Origin: Pseudomonadota bacterium
Lineage (GTDB): Bacteria; Bdellovibrionota; UBA1018; CAIMNF01
NCBI GenBank assembly: GCA_027488515.1
Contig: JAIYBN010000004.1
Coordinates: 177,252 to 241,251, forward strand
Length of the DNA stretch: 64,000 bases
Direction: 5' to 3'
Position numbers and translations under genes: made by a program. Below are positions 25,984 to 34,924 of this stretch, one piece after another. The notes below the pieces were generated by a model. The model was not told the DNA's origin, ran no database searches, and was given only the letters and a program-made list of their open reading frames with translations. Each line of letters starts with the position of its first letter. Position 1 is the first letter of the stretch.

Positions 25984-26862
25984 ATGCGAATTGTCATGGA
26001 TTTTGACGGGGTCTTCACCGACCCGAGCCACGAGGGTGATGCTTGTTCCCGCCAGTTCCGGAACAAGATTGTTTCCCTTTCCCTGAAAGAACTGTCTCTG
26101 GAAACGGAAGAGAAAGTCGACTCCTGGTTGGGTGAGTTGCGGGCGCGTCAGGCGTCCTGTCCGTTCGAGTATGGATGGAGGAGCGAAGGAAGGATCTCGG
26201 CATTCACCTTCGAGGACCCGTTCATCCGGAATATCGGTCTTGCGGATTTCATGGACGGTCTCGTGGCCGAAGGCGATGTCCGGGCCAAGAAAGTGCTGGG
26301 CGAGTTGAAGGCCAAGGACAAGATTCCGAGCTACGGCCAGTTGTCCGAGTGGGCCTTCCACCAGTTGCACATGAAGAAGTCGCCGGATCCTGCTGCCAAG
26401 GCATGGGTGATGGAAGCGATCGACCGGGGGCACGAAGTGTTCATCGTGTCGAACTCGGCCACTGACAAGATCCAGGAGTTTTTGGATCAAGCGGGTTTTC
26501 CTGCAGAAAAACGTCCTACCGTCCGGGGCGGAGCCCGGAAATTCGGTCTGGGGAATCGCCCGCAGACCATCGATCTCGGACAGCTCGGAGACCGCGCGGT
26601 GGAGGTGGATACGGATCGTCCGTTTTATGAATCCGCCTTGCTCGAGTTGAACCCGGATGCCGTGATCGGCGATGTGTTTTGTCTCGATCTTTCGCTTCCG
26701 ATCCGTCTGAAGCGCCAGAAGAAACTCGATTTCAAGTGGGGGATTTTTTACCGCCACCGGGATTACACACCGACTTCGATGGTCGAGTTGGTGACCGGAA
26801 GGTTCTCCAAGGTACCCGAAGTCAAGTTGGTCCGTGAATGGTCCCAGGTGTGGCCTTCATGA
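25984..26862 (+). CDS. HAD-superfamily hydrolase
   Basis: N-terminal motif I MDFDGVFTDP (DxDGV) and later VSNSATDK (motif II-like). Confidence 0.7.
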   Translation: MRIVMDFDGVFTDPSHEGDACSRQFRNKIVSLSLKELSLETEEKVDSWLGELRARQASCPFEYGWRSEGRISAFTFEDPFIRNIGLADFMDGLVAEGDVRAKKVLGELKAKDKIPSYGQLSEWAFHQLHMKKSPDPAAKAWVMEAIDRGHEVFIVSNSATDKIQEFLDQAGFPAEKRPTVRGGARKFGLGNRPQTIDLGQLGDRAVEVDTDRPFYESALLELNPDAVIGDVFCLDLSLPIRLKRQKKLDFKWGIFYRHRDYTPTSMVELVTGRFSKVPEVKLVREWSQVWPS

Positions 26863-27977
26863 TCCGATTCTTGGTCGTTCTGGCGTTGTTTGTGGCGGGT
26901 GGTACGGTCTATTTGAAAAAAACCCAAGGTATCGGCTTGGGAGAATGGATTTTTTCCCAGGTTGCAAGGAACTTCGGGAAGAAAACCGGTGTGGATACCC
27001 TGGTGACAGGGGGTGAGACCCGGAAGATCACCGCTTTGTTGTACGCTTCCAAACCCCAGCTGAACGCCATTTTGCAGACTTCGGTGGTGATTCCCGCCTG
27101 CAAGACATTCTTCGAGAAGCTCGCGGCCCTCGAATTGAACGGACATGACGAAACAGGGGGGCCTCATTATCTTTTTGTGAAGGACCTTCCTCGAGTCGGT
27201 GCCGACTGTGAATTGACCGATCCGGATCTGAAGTGGGCTTCTCAGAATTATTTTGAATCCTGTTTCGCCTCCAATCCCTCCACCTTGGCCGCACCGGATG
27301 CAAGGTGCTTCCGGTCACTGGTCTGGATCCGGGCAGCGGTGACCCGGCATTTTTTGTCAGAGCCTTCGAAGTTGGATTCGCTTGAGAAAGAGGAATTGGC
27401 CGATTTGCTTCTCGCATCCGTGTTCGTGCCCAAAGGTCGGGGAGCGATTCCCGCTTACGGAGAGATCCGGGAAGTGGCGGAGCGACTCGACAAGAAGCAT
27501 CCGTCGATGCCTCTGATCCAGAAAGTCCTGTTTGTCGCCCGGGCGAACCTTTGGAAAGTGTATCGGGAGTCGCTGACGTACCCGGAACAGGCCAAGTTCT
27601 GGGAGGACATGAAGGGGATCCATCTCCGTGGACGGGATCTCGGATTGCCTCCCGGTGATTTGAAAAACATGGAGCTTGTCCTGGAGACCCGCGGGTTTGA
27701 GCCCTCTCAGATCAAGAAGTTGGTCGACTCGTTGGCCGGATCGCCTGAAAACGCTGCGAAGCGTTCCTTGCTCACCGCTTTTTACCACTGGAAGCAGGCC
27801 GAGGCCGCCGCCGCCCTCGAGCAGATCGAAGCGGCGATCCGGACCCAGCCGGGAGAGAAGATTTTCCCGGCACTCTTCAAGGAACTAAGTGTTTCCGGCG
27901 CCGGTGAGGAAGTTTTCATGAGGGCGCTGAATGTGGACCTTGATCCGACCGATTTTGAGAATCGTCCTGCTCTGTGA
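26859..27977 (+). CDS. hypothetical membrane-anchored protein
   Basis: ATGA overlap with the HAD gene. Single N-terminal TM helix MIRFLVVLALFVAGGTVYL. No recognisable motif. Confidence 0.5.
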   Translation: MIRFLVVLALFVAGGTVYLKKTQGIGLGEWIFSQVARNFGKKTGVDTLVTGGETRKITALLYASKPQLNAILQTSVVIPACKTFFEKLAALELNGHDETGGPHYLFVKDLPRVGADCELTDPDLKWASQNYFESCFASNPSTLAAPDARCFRSLVWIRAAVTRHFLSEPSKLDSLEKEELADLLLASVFVPKGRGAIPAYGEIREVAERLDKKHPSMPLIQKVLFVARANLWKVYRESLTYPEQAKFWEDMKGIHLRGRDLGLPPGDLKNMELVLETRGFEPSQIKKLVDSLAGSPENAAKRSLLTAFYHWKQAEAAAALEQIEAAIRTQPGEKIFPALFKELSVSGAGEEVFMRALNVDLDPTDFENRPAL

Positions 27978-27991
27978 TAGAGTGGTGGTAA

Positions 27992-28068
27992 GCGCCCGTA
28001 GCTCAGCTGGATAGAGCATCGCATTTCTAATGCGAGGGTCCCGTGTTCGAATCGCGGCGGGCGCGCCA
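27992..28068 (+). tRNA. tRNA-Arg (anticodon TCT)
   Basis: 77-nt cloverleaf GCGCCCG...CGGGCGC-G-CCA. Anticodon loop TTTCTAA. D-arm GCTCAGCTGGATAGAGC. T-loop GTTCGAATC. Confidence 0.9.
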
Positions 28069-28070
28069 TT

Positions 28071-28922
28071 TCACTCCGTGGTGAATGTCGTACTGAGGCC
28101 GTAGTGATCCGAGTACCATGGCCTCTCGTTCAGGATCAATCGACTCGACTCCGCTCGCAGGGTTCCTGTGGCACCGTTCCGGTACAGAACATAGTCGATC
28201 CGCTCGCGAGTCAGAGGAAAATGGGTCCGGATGGCATAATCGCGGGCATAGGCGTTCTCAAACGCGTCGTAGGTGTAACCCGGCTCCGAGGAGGAATGGG
28301 TCTCGGCCCAAGCGTCCGCAAGTGCCAGCTCGGATCCGAGCCAGGTATGGGGTTGGCTCCCCGGCGTGAAATTCAGATCTCCTGCGAGGACCAGGGGGGC
28401 ATCCGGGTCGGCCTCACGCTGGATGAGATCCCGGATCTGGATCAATTGGTCGATACGGATCGGATCTCCGCCGCGGGCATTCAAATGGGTGCCCAGAAGG
28501 TTCAGTTTCTTTCCGTCAGGCATTTGGATCAAAGCCAGGACGACCCCTTTTCGGGAAAGGCAGTCATCCCCCTTGCACTTGCAGAAATCGATTTTGGAAG
28601 CGCGCAAGATGGGGTGTTTCGAGAGGATCCTGATGCCCGAAGAAACGAGTTTCGGGAAGGCATTCGGTCCGTCCACCCAATACGGGAACTTGCCGCTGTG
28701 AAAGGCCCGCTTGGCCCGTGCGGTGAACACCTCACTCAGAACAATGAAATCCGGGTCGAGCTCTTCGAGTTGCTCCATGGCGAAGGCGTAACGGAAGGTG
28801 TCCTTGACCGCCAGAGGTACCCCCCAGGTGTTGAACTCCACCACGGTGAAGGATCCGGCCAACGCAGAAGCCGGTCCGGACGCCAAAAGCCATCCGGCCA
28901 AAAGAAGAAGCCATTTCGACAT
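28071..28922 (-). CDS. secreted endonuclease/exonuclease/phosphatase (EEP) family protein
   Basis: Signal peptide MSKWLLLLAGWLLASGPASALA. EEP-type motifs (VVEFNTWG, LSEV, LAGDLNFTP, SDHYGL C-terminal His). Confidence 0.7.
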   Translation of the reverse strand: MSKWLLLLAGWLLASGPASALAGSFTVVEFNTWGVPLAVKDTFRYAFAMEQLEELDPDFIVLSEVFTARAKRAFHSGKFPYWVDGPNAFPKLVSSGIRILSKHPILRASKIDFCKCKGDDCLSRKGVVLALIQMPDGKKLNLLGTHLNARGGDPIRIDQLIQIRDLIQREADPDAPLVLAGDLNFTPGSQPHTWLGSELALADAWAETHSSSEPGYTYDAFENAYARDYAIRTHFPLTRERIDYVLYRNGATGTLRAESSRLILNERPWYSDHYGLSTTFTTE

Positions 28923-28953
28923 GGGTTGGACTTAACGGAATTTCTGCAGGGTG

Positions 28954-29958
28954 TCAAGACCCGACGGATTCTCCATAGCTGAATTCGATCCAGAACTGGC
29001 CGCTCGGGATTTTCAAGGGCACCACGATCGTGTTCCGCCCCTTGATCTCGGCCGACGAAGAGCGGATGTCCTTACCGAGAATCAGGTTGGGAAGGGCCAT
29101 GGTGATGGCATGTCCGTTCGAGTTCAGAACCTGCTTGGCGACCCCGAAACAGATGTTGGTGATTTCGCTCGCACCGTCCTGGACTTCGGAGTCCAGTTCC
29201 TTGAAATCGCTTCCCAGCATGTCATTCATCAGGGTCAGGAAGGGGGCTGTTTCGTAAAACAATCCGAAGTAACCCGAGAAGCCGGACTCGTTGACACCGA
29301 TGACCGAACCGACGTCGAAAAGGAAGTTCTTTTCGGGGGTTTTTTTGAAGGGGCTACCGATTTCAATCTTGGCGTTGAATTGGACCTCGAGGGTTTTTCT
29401 GACAGCTCGTACGAACTCGAGGAGCATGTCCGCACTCCACTCCGCCTTCTTTTCTTGAGACTGGGCGGGGGGGGCCACATCGGTCGTTTTCTTTTTCAGA
29501 TCGAACACGACGTAGAATGATTCGCCGTCCGTTTTGAATTCGATGCCCTCGGCATCTCCGGAGGCCACACTCTGGATGCTGGTTCCGGTGAGGAGGGTCG
29601 GAATCGCCATTTGGATCCCGAACCCGTTCTCGTTCAGGGAGACTTTCGCATTTCCGAAAATGATATTGGTGAGCTCTGCGGCACCGTCTTCCATGCCCGG
29701 TGCCAGCTCGGTCATCTCTTCCCCGAGCATGCCGTTCATGACATCCAGAAAGGTCGAACGCGGGAACTGGATGCTCATGGATCCTTGGATGGCGGGGGAG
29801 GTGATGCCGATCAATCCTGCCACCGAGATCTCTTTTCCTGAAAGCTCACCGGGTTTCATGCGGCGATGACCCCGGATCGGAATCCGGCAAAGATCCTGCA
29901 AGGTCAATTCGGTGGCCTGGATGAACGCGTTCAAGAACGGATCGAACTGTGGGGTCAT
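28954..29958 (-). CDS. tandem CheX/CheC-like domain protein
   Basis: Two internal repeats with CheX-like signatures (ELTNIIFGNAKVSLNENGFGIQMAIPTLLTG and ASEITNICFGVAKQVLNSNGHAITMALPNLILG). ATG at 29958 preferred over the upstream TTG at 29994. Confidence 0.6.
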   Translation of the reverse strand: MTPQFDPFLNAFIQATELTLQDLCRIPIRGHRRMKPGELSGKEISVAGLIGITSPAIQGSMSIQFPRSTFLDVMNGMLGEEMTELAPGMEDGAAELTNIIFGNAKVSLNENGFGIQMAIPTLLTGTSIQSVASGDAEGIEFKTDGESFYVVFDLKKKTTDVAPPAQSQEKKAEWSADMLLEFVRAVRKTLEVQFNAKIEIGSPFKKTPEKNFLFDVGSVIGVNESGFSGYFGLFYETAPFLTLMNDMLGSDFKELDSEVQDGASEITNICFGVAKQVLNSNGHAITMALPNLILGKDIRSSSAEIKGRNTIVVPLKIPSGQFWIEFSYGESVGS

Positions 29959-30001
29959 GAATCCATTAGAGCCTGAAACATCCCCGGGGTTCAAGCGGAA
30001 G

Positions 30002-30077
30002 TGGCGGTCCCGGCAGGAATCGAACCTGCAACAGCCCTTTAGGAAAGGGCCGTTATATCCATTTAACTACAGGACCG
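30002..30077 (-). tRNA. tRNA-Arg (anticodon CCT)
   Basis: The reverse complement gives a 76-nt cloverleaf CGGTCCT...GGGACCG-CCA with anticodon loop TTCCTAA. The ORF 29912..30109 overlapping it is spurious. Confidence 0.85.
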
Positions 30078-30124
30078 GCGCTAATATTTTGACCGAAGTA
30101 GAAGGATAGCATACCGTGTGGGCC

Positions 30125-30676
30125 ATGAAAACGATCTTTGCGTTGTCATTCGGGATCCTGCTCGGGATCAGTCTGATTCCTGCCCGGTCTTCGGCACTGG
30201 GACATTCCGGGAAAGACCTTTTGACGGGTCGCGAGGTCCGGTTTCCTTCCAAGGAAGATCGGATTCCGGTTTTGGTGTTCCTCTCCGCGAAGTGTCCTTG
30301 CTCCAGGAGTCATGAGCCCGAGTTGAAACGACTCCATGCCCGGTTTGCCGGGGCCGGGTTCGAGTTCATCGGTGTTCATTCGAACCAGGACGAGACTTCC
30401 GCCGAATCGAAGAAGCATTTCAAAGAGGCGGCTTTGCCGTTCCCGGTGATCGAAGACCGGGGAGCCAAACTGGCAGACGAGTTTCGCGCCCTCAAGACCC
30501 CCCATGTCTTCGTGTTGAAGGGGAATGAAGTGGTGTTTCAGGGTGGCGTGGACGACTCCGCAGACGGAGCTCGTGCCAAGAAACGGTTCCTGGAGGACGC
30601 ACTGGCCACCCTTCAACAAGGGAAGCCGTTGGAAGTGTCCCGGGCCCGTGCACTCGGTTGCGCGATTCAGAGGTGA
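30125..30676 (+). CDS. TlpA/ResA-like periplasmic thiol-disulfide oxidoreductase (thioredoxin fold)
   Basis: Signal/anchor MKTIFALSFGILLGISLIPA. Redox motif in VLVFLSAKCPCS (CxC/CxxC-type). Thioredoxin-like spacing. Confidence 0.65.
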   Translation: MKTIFALSFGILLGISLIPARSSALGHSGKDLLTGREVRFPSKEDRIPVLVFLSAKCPCSRSHEPELKRLHARFAGAGFEFIGVHSNQDETSAESKKHFKEAALPFPVIEDRGAKLADEFRALKTPHVFVLKGNEVVFQGGVDDSADGARAKKRFLEDALATLQQGKPLEVSRARALGCAIQR

Positions 30677-30678
30677 CG

Positions 30679-31179
30679 ATGAACAGAAAACTTCTGGGTC
30701 TGATCTTGTGTTGTATTCCTCAATTGGCCTGTGGGGCATCGCCCTTGTTGAATCACCGCAGTCCGGTTCGAAACCAGGCTCTCACAGGGCCGTCGGACGG
30801 AGTTCCTGACTCCTGCTCACTCCGGTTCGAACGTTCGGGAATGTGTGGCCGCCTGGATTGGGTGAGGTTTCCGTCCGAAGAGGAAACCGGGATGTTTTTG
30901 CTCAGATTCACCCGTGTCGAGAACGGATCCTCCATTCCCGCGGATGCACCGTCCGGTTTGAGGGTTGCGGTGAAGCTGTGGATGCCGGACATGGGACACG
31001 GTTCGAGTCCGGTCAAAGTGGTGCGGCCATTGAACGCTTCCGGGACCCCGGAAACCGGACTGTACCGTGCCGAAGAGGTTCACTTCGTGATGCCGGGAGC
31101 TTGGGAAATCCGTGTGATTTTCAAGGACGAATCCGGCGCTCCGGTGGATCAAGCGGTATTGCCTTATCAGGCGGGCTGA
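30679..31179 (+). CDS. YtkA/FixH-like (PCuAC-type) periplasmic lipoprotein, putative copper chaperone
   Basis: Lipobox LILCCIPQLACG. Motif LWMPDMGHG and downstream HFVMPG (His/Met), reminiscent of YtkA/FixH-family Cu-binding proteins. Assignment by motif memory only. Confidence 0.5.
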   Translation: MNRKLLGLILCCIPQLACGASPLLNHRSPVRNQALTGPSDGVPDSCSLRFERSGMCGRLDWVRFPSEEETGMFLLRFTRVENGSSIPADAPSGLRVAVKLWMPDMGHGSSPVKVVRPLNASGTPETGLYRAEEVHFVMPGAWEIRVIFKDESGAPVDQAVLPYQAG

Positions 31180-32102
31180 TGTTCCGGTTTCTTCTGACTC
31201 TCATCGCAGTCACCTTCTCCGGTCCGAGCGCCCGTGCGGCACCCTGCTGTGCCCAGGCGGGGAGTGTGCCTTCGCTCATCACGGGAGACGAGCGGATCAG
31301 CATCGGAGCGAGTCTGTCGAACGGTAATGTGATCGGAGATGCACCTGCTGCGGGTGGGGGACTTCCTGTTTTCCGTGATGCCCTTTCCACCCGCGAGAGT
31401 CGTTCGGTGCTGTTGCTCAATGCCGCGAGTCTGATTGATGGAGACCGCCTGCAAGCGGGTGTGTCCGTACCTCTGCAGTGGAACCGGATCGGAACGGGGT
31501 CCCGGGAGTCAAGTCGTGTCGCAACCGGGGATGTATCACTGACCGTCGGCCACGAAACCTTACCTGAATGGGACTACTCGCTTTGGAGGCCCAGGGGGTT
31601 CACCTTTCTTCAACTCACCTTGCCGACCGGCAGGTCCATGTTCGAGTCGACCGATTCCTCGGCAAGCGATGTCACGGGTCTCGGTCATGTGGCGCTCTCG
31701 GCCGGTTTTGTCGCATTGAAGCGTTGGTCGGTGTGGGATGCCAACGCACTTGTCCGGCTGGGGCGGGTCTTCGGTCGGGGATTCGATTCAGGAATCTCCA
31801 CCCGGTCCGCCTGGTCCGGAGCCTTCAGTCTCGGGGGTGGAATTTCTTTCGCCGAGCGCTTCAGGTTCGGTGGGACGCTCGGTGTGGATGCGGTTTCAGC
31901 CCAGGCCGTTTCAGGTGGCGGACTGGACAGTGCCGGGGCGGGGCGCTTGGTCTGGATCGCCGGGGCCAACCTGTCCTGGCTCCGTGGGGATGACGACACC
32001 CTCGTTCTGGGCTATGCCGATCAGACCCTGTTCGGTCCGGCGTACAACACCTCTCTCGCCCGGACCTTTTCACTGTCCTTTATGCACCGGATCGAGCGCT
32101 GA
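31179..32102 (+). CDS. putative outer-membrane beta-barrel protein
   Basis: Overlaps the upstream stop (TGATG). Signal peptide MFRFLLTLIAVTFSGPSARA. Alternating Gly/Ser-rich amphipathic strands. C-terminus ends in an aromatic-containing stretch (SFMHRIER, weak). Confidence 0.45.
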   Translation: MFRFLLTLIAVTFSGPSARAAPCCAQAGSVPSLITGDERISIGASLSNGNVIGDAPAAGGGLPVFRDALSTRESRSVLLLNAASLIDGDRLQAGVSVPLQWNRIGTGSRESSRVATGDVSLTVGHETLPEWDYSLWRPRGFTFLQLTLPTGRSMFESTDSSASDVTGLGHVALSAGFVALKRWSVWDANALVRLGRVFGRGFDSGISTRSAWSGAFSLGGGISFAERFRFGGTLGVDAVSAQAVSGGGLDSAGAGRLVWIAGANLSWLRGDDDTLVLGYADQTLFGPAYNTSLARTFSLSFMHRIER

Positions 32103-32142
32103 TTTCCGGTGCCTTTCCGGACGTTTCCGGTAAACTAGCGCC

Positions 32143-32946
32143 ATGTCATACCAAACCCTGAGTTGTACGTTCCCGATGCCGGGAATCCTGGAGATCGCTC
32201 TGAACCGTCCGGAGATCCGGAACGCCTTCAATGAGAAAATGATCGAAGAGTTGTCTCGAGTGTTCCGCAATGAGGCCATGGATCCGAAGGTCCGCGCGGT
32301 GGTGTTGAGAGGGAACGGTTCTGTTTTCTGTGCAGGCGGTGACCTGAACTGGATGCGTAAGTCGATCGAGCTGACTCTCGAGGGGAATCTCGAGGACACC
32401 CTGACTCTCACCCGCATGTTCGAGACGATGAACGAGTTTCCGAAACCACTGGTAGGCGTGATCCACGGTGCCGCGATCGGTGGCGGGGTGGGGCTGGTGT
32501 CGGTTTGTGACATCGTCCTGGCCGAGAAAGAAACCGTTTTCAGTTTGAGTGAGGTGCGTCTCGGAGTGGTTCCTGCCTGTATCGGACCCTTTGTGACATC
32601 CAAGATCGGTGCTTCGAGAGCCCGCGCACTCTTCATCAGTGCCGAACGCTTCAAGGCTGAAAAAGCGAAGGAAGCGGGACTGGTGCACGAGGTTTTCGGA
32701 ACCCGTGCCGAACTCGATGCTCATCTCAAATCCCTACTGGGCAATTTGCTCGAGTGCGGGCCGAATGCGATGGCGGTGGCCAAGCAGCTGGTGCTCGACC
32801 TCACGTGGCCCGAAAAACGGGCGCGCATCCCTGATTGCATCGAACATGTGGCCCGGACTCTGGCCGAGCTCCGCGTACGTCCCGAGGCGCAGGAAGGGGT
32901 CACCGCATTCCTCGAGAAGCGCAAGCCGGGGTGGATCCAATCATGA
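32143..32946 (+). CDS. enoyl-CoA hydratase/isomerase (crotonase) family, likely methylglutaconyl-CoA hydratase
   Basis: Crotonase oxyanion-hole region VVLRGNGSVFCAGGDL and GVIHGAAIGGGVGL. Sits upstream of MCC/HMGL genes. Confidence 0.8.
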   Translation: MSYQTLSCTFPMPGILEIALNRPEIRNAFNEKMIEELSRVFRNEAMDPKVRAVVLRGNGSVFCAGGDLNWMRKSIELTLEGNLEDTLTLTRMFETMNEFPKPLVGVIHGAAIGGGVGLVSVCDIVLAEKETVFSLSEVRLGVVPACIGPFVTSKIGASRARALFISAERFKAEKAKEAGLVHEVFGTRAELDAHLKSLLGNLLECGPNAMAVAKQLVLDLTWPEKRARIPDCIEHVARTLAELRVRPEAQEGVTAFLEKRKPGWIQS

Positions 32947-34445
32947 AACCGCACAAACTCATGGTGGCGAACCGGTCTGAAATCGCCTGCCGTATTTTCC
33001 AAGCGGCATACGAGCTCGGGATTCCGACTCTCGCGGTGTACGCACCGGGCGATGAAGGTGCCCGTCATGTGACCCTGGCCGACGAGGCTTGGCCTGTGAC
33101 TTCTTACCTTGATGTCGAGTCGCTCGTGTCGGTTGCCAAGGCACGGGGTGTGACGCTCATTCATCCCGGCTACGGGTTTTTGTCGGAGCGCCCCCATTTT
33201 GTGAAGGCCGTGATCGAGGCAGGAATCGGATTTCTCGGGCCGCTTCCCGAAACCATGGAGGCGATGGGCGGGAAGATCGCTGCAAAAGAACTGGCCGAGG
33301 AACTCGGTGTTCCCACCGTGCCTTGGGCGAAGCTCGATTTGGCCCGCACGAGTGACGAAGAATTGCGCCGGACCGCCGAGTCGATCGGATTCCCGATTTT
33401 GATCAAGGCCCATGCCGGGGGTGGCGGTAAGGGCATGCGTCGCGTGGAGGACTTCGAGTCCCTGAAGTCCGAGGCCGAGAGTGCCGCCCGCGAGGCGCTC
33501 TCTTCGTTCGGAGACGGGACTCTCTTTTTTGAACGCTATGTCCAGAACCCACGCCACATCGAGGTTCAGGTTTTCGGTGACGGAAAAGGGGGAGGCATCC
33601 ATCTGTTCGAGCGGGAATGTTCTCTCCAGCGTCGACACCAAAAGGTCTGGGAAGAAGCACCCGCCCCGCATCTGCCCGAGAAGATCCGCCAAGGATTGTT
33701 CGAGAGCGCCCTCAAACTCGTCGCCCACACCCGGTACCGCTCCGCAGGGACGATCGAATTCCTCGTCGAGACTCTTGCCGATGGAACCGTCCGCGACTTC
33801 TTTTTCATCGAGATGAACACCCGGCTTCAAGTGGAACATCCGGTGACCGAATCGGTGACCGGAGTGGATCTGGTTCATGAACAGATCCGTCTCGCTGTCG
33901 ATCCAGCCTACCGACTGCCCGAACTCCGGGGAACGGATGGACATTCGATCGAGGTCCGGGTTTACGCCGAGGACGCGGCCCAGGGGTTCATCCCTGTCAC
34001 CGGTCGGGTGGATCATCTGATCTGGCCGAGTGGCCCCGGGATCCGGATCGACCGCGGAGTCGAGGTGGGTCAAGAGATGGGCACCCAGTTCGATTCCATG
34101 TGCGCCAAACTGATTGTCAAGGCTCCGACCCGGGAGCTCGCGGTGAAGCGGATGCAATACGTGCTCCGTGAGACCGTGATCAGCGGGATCGGGACGAATC
34201 TCGAGTACCTGAATGCGATCGCCCATGATCCACGCGTCGTTTCGGGCAAGGTCAGCACGCTCTTGTTGGACCGGGAGTTCAAAACCTTCGCTCCCGTCGT
34301 CGAAGAGGGGGCACTCGATTTGATCGAAGCGTTCGAGCATTCGGAAGCATTCCGTTCCGGTGGCGTAGGCTCGGGTGCCTCACAGGCACTGCCCTCGGAT
34401 GGTGCTGCGTTCACCCGTGAGCTGTGGAGCAAAACCCGTCTATGA
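32943..34445 (+). CDS. biotin carboxylase (ATP-grasp) component of a biotin-dependent acyl-CoA carboxylase alpha subunit, without BCCP
   Basis: ATGA overlap with the hydratase. Biotin carboxylase motifs (KANRSEIACRIFQAAYELGI, GYGFLSE, IKAHAGGGGKGMRRV, EMNTRLQVEHPVTE). It ends before any biotinyl domain. Confidence 0.85.
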   Translation: MKPHKLMVANRSEIACRIFQAAYELGIPTLAVYAPGDEGARHVTLADEAWPVTSYLDVESLVSVAKARGVTLIHPGYGFLSERPHFVKAVIEAGIGFLGPLPETMEAMGGKIAAKELAEELGVPTVPWAKLDLARTSDEELRRTAESIGFPILIKAHAGGGGKGMRRVEDFESLKSEAESAAREALSSFGDGTLFFERYVQNPRHIEVQVFGDGKGGGIHLFERECSLQRRHQKVWEEAPAPHLPEKIRQGLFESALKLVAHTRYRSAGTIEFLVETLADGTVRDFFFIEMNTRLQVEHPVTESVTGVDLVHEQIRLAVDPAYRLPELRGTDGHSIEVRVYAEDAAQGFIPVTGRVDHLIWPSGPGIRIDRGVEVGQEMGTQFDSMCAKLIVKAPTRELAVKRMQYVLRETVISGIGTNLEYLNAIAHDPRVVSGKVSTLLLDREFKTFAPVVEEGALDLIEAFEHSEAFRSGGVGSGASQALPSDGAAFTRELWSKTRL

Positions 34446-34924
34446 AAACCTTGTTGAGAATTTCCGGTCAAAAAATCCAATCCCCCGAATCTTTCGACGC
34501 GGGTTGGACCTTCGAGGTCCGTCCCGGTGGATGGGTCCTCGCCAGCCGCAGTCGCGATGACGGTACGGTCGAACGCAAGCGGTTCTTCTATTCGAGGGAG
34601 CGTAAGCGTTTCTTCGCCAAGTTCACGGACGGGATCTCGCATGATTTTTACGGCGAGCGCATGGAGCAGTCGAGGGGCAGTTCCGCCAATGATTCGGCAT
34701 CCGACTACACCGCACAGTTTCCGGGCAAGGTCCGGAAGATCCTCGTGAAAGAGACCGAGATCGTCAATGCCGGCACGGCACTGCTCATGGTCGAGGCCAT
34801 GAAGATGGAGTTCGCCGTCAAAGCAGGCACCCCCGGAAAAGTGATCCGGATCCATGTGGAAGAAGGAGCCATTCTCGCTCCGGGCCAGAAGCTGCTCGAT
34901 TTCGAGGAAGGAAAGCATGAGTGA
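34442..34924 (+). CDS. biotin carboxyl carrier (linker + biotinyl domain) as a separate ORF
   Basis: ATGA overlap with the BC gene, in a different frame. C-terminal biotinyl-lysine motif EAMKME inside a lipoyl-like fold. The N-terminal roughly 90 aa resemble the BC-BCCP linker of fused MccA/PccA. Confidence 0.75.
   Translation: MKTLLRISGQKIQSPESFDAGWTFEVRPGGWVLASRSRDDGTVERKRFFYSRERKRFFAKFTDGISHDFYGERMEQSRGSSANDSASDYTAQFPGKVRKILVKETEIVNAGTALLMVEAMKMEFAVKAGTPGKVIRIHVEEGAILAPGQKLLDFEEGKHE

Noticed and set aside
29912-30109. 65-aa + strand ORF (GTG start)
   Set aside because: It overlaps tRNA-Arg(CCT) on the opposite strand. The tRNA cloverleaf is convincing.
32721-34340. 539-aa - strand ORF
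   Set aside because: Antisense shadow of the biotin carboxylase gene.
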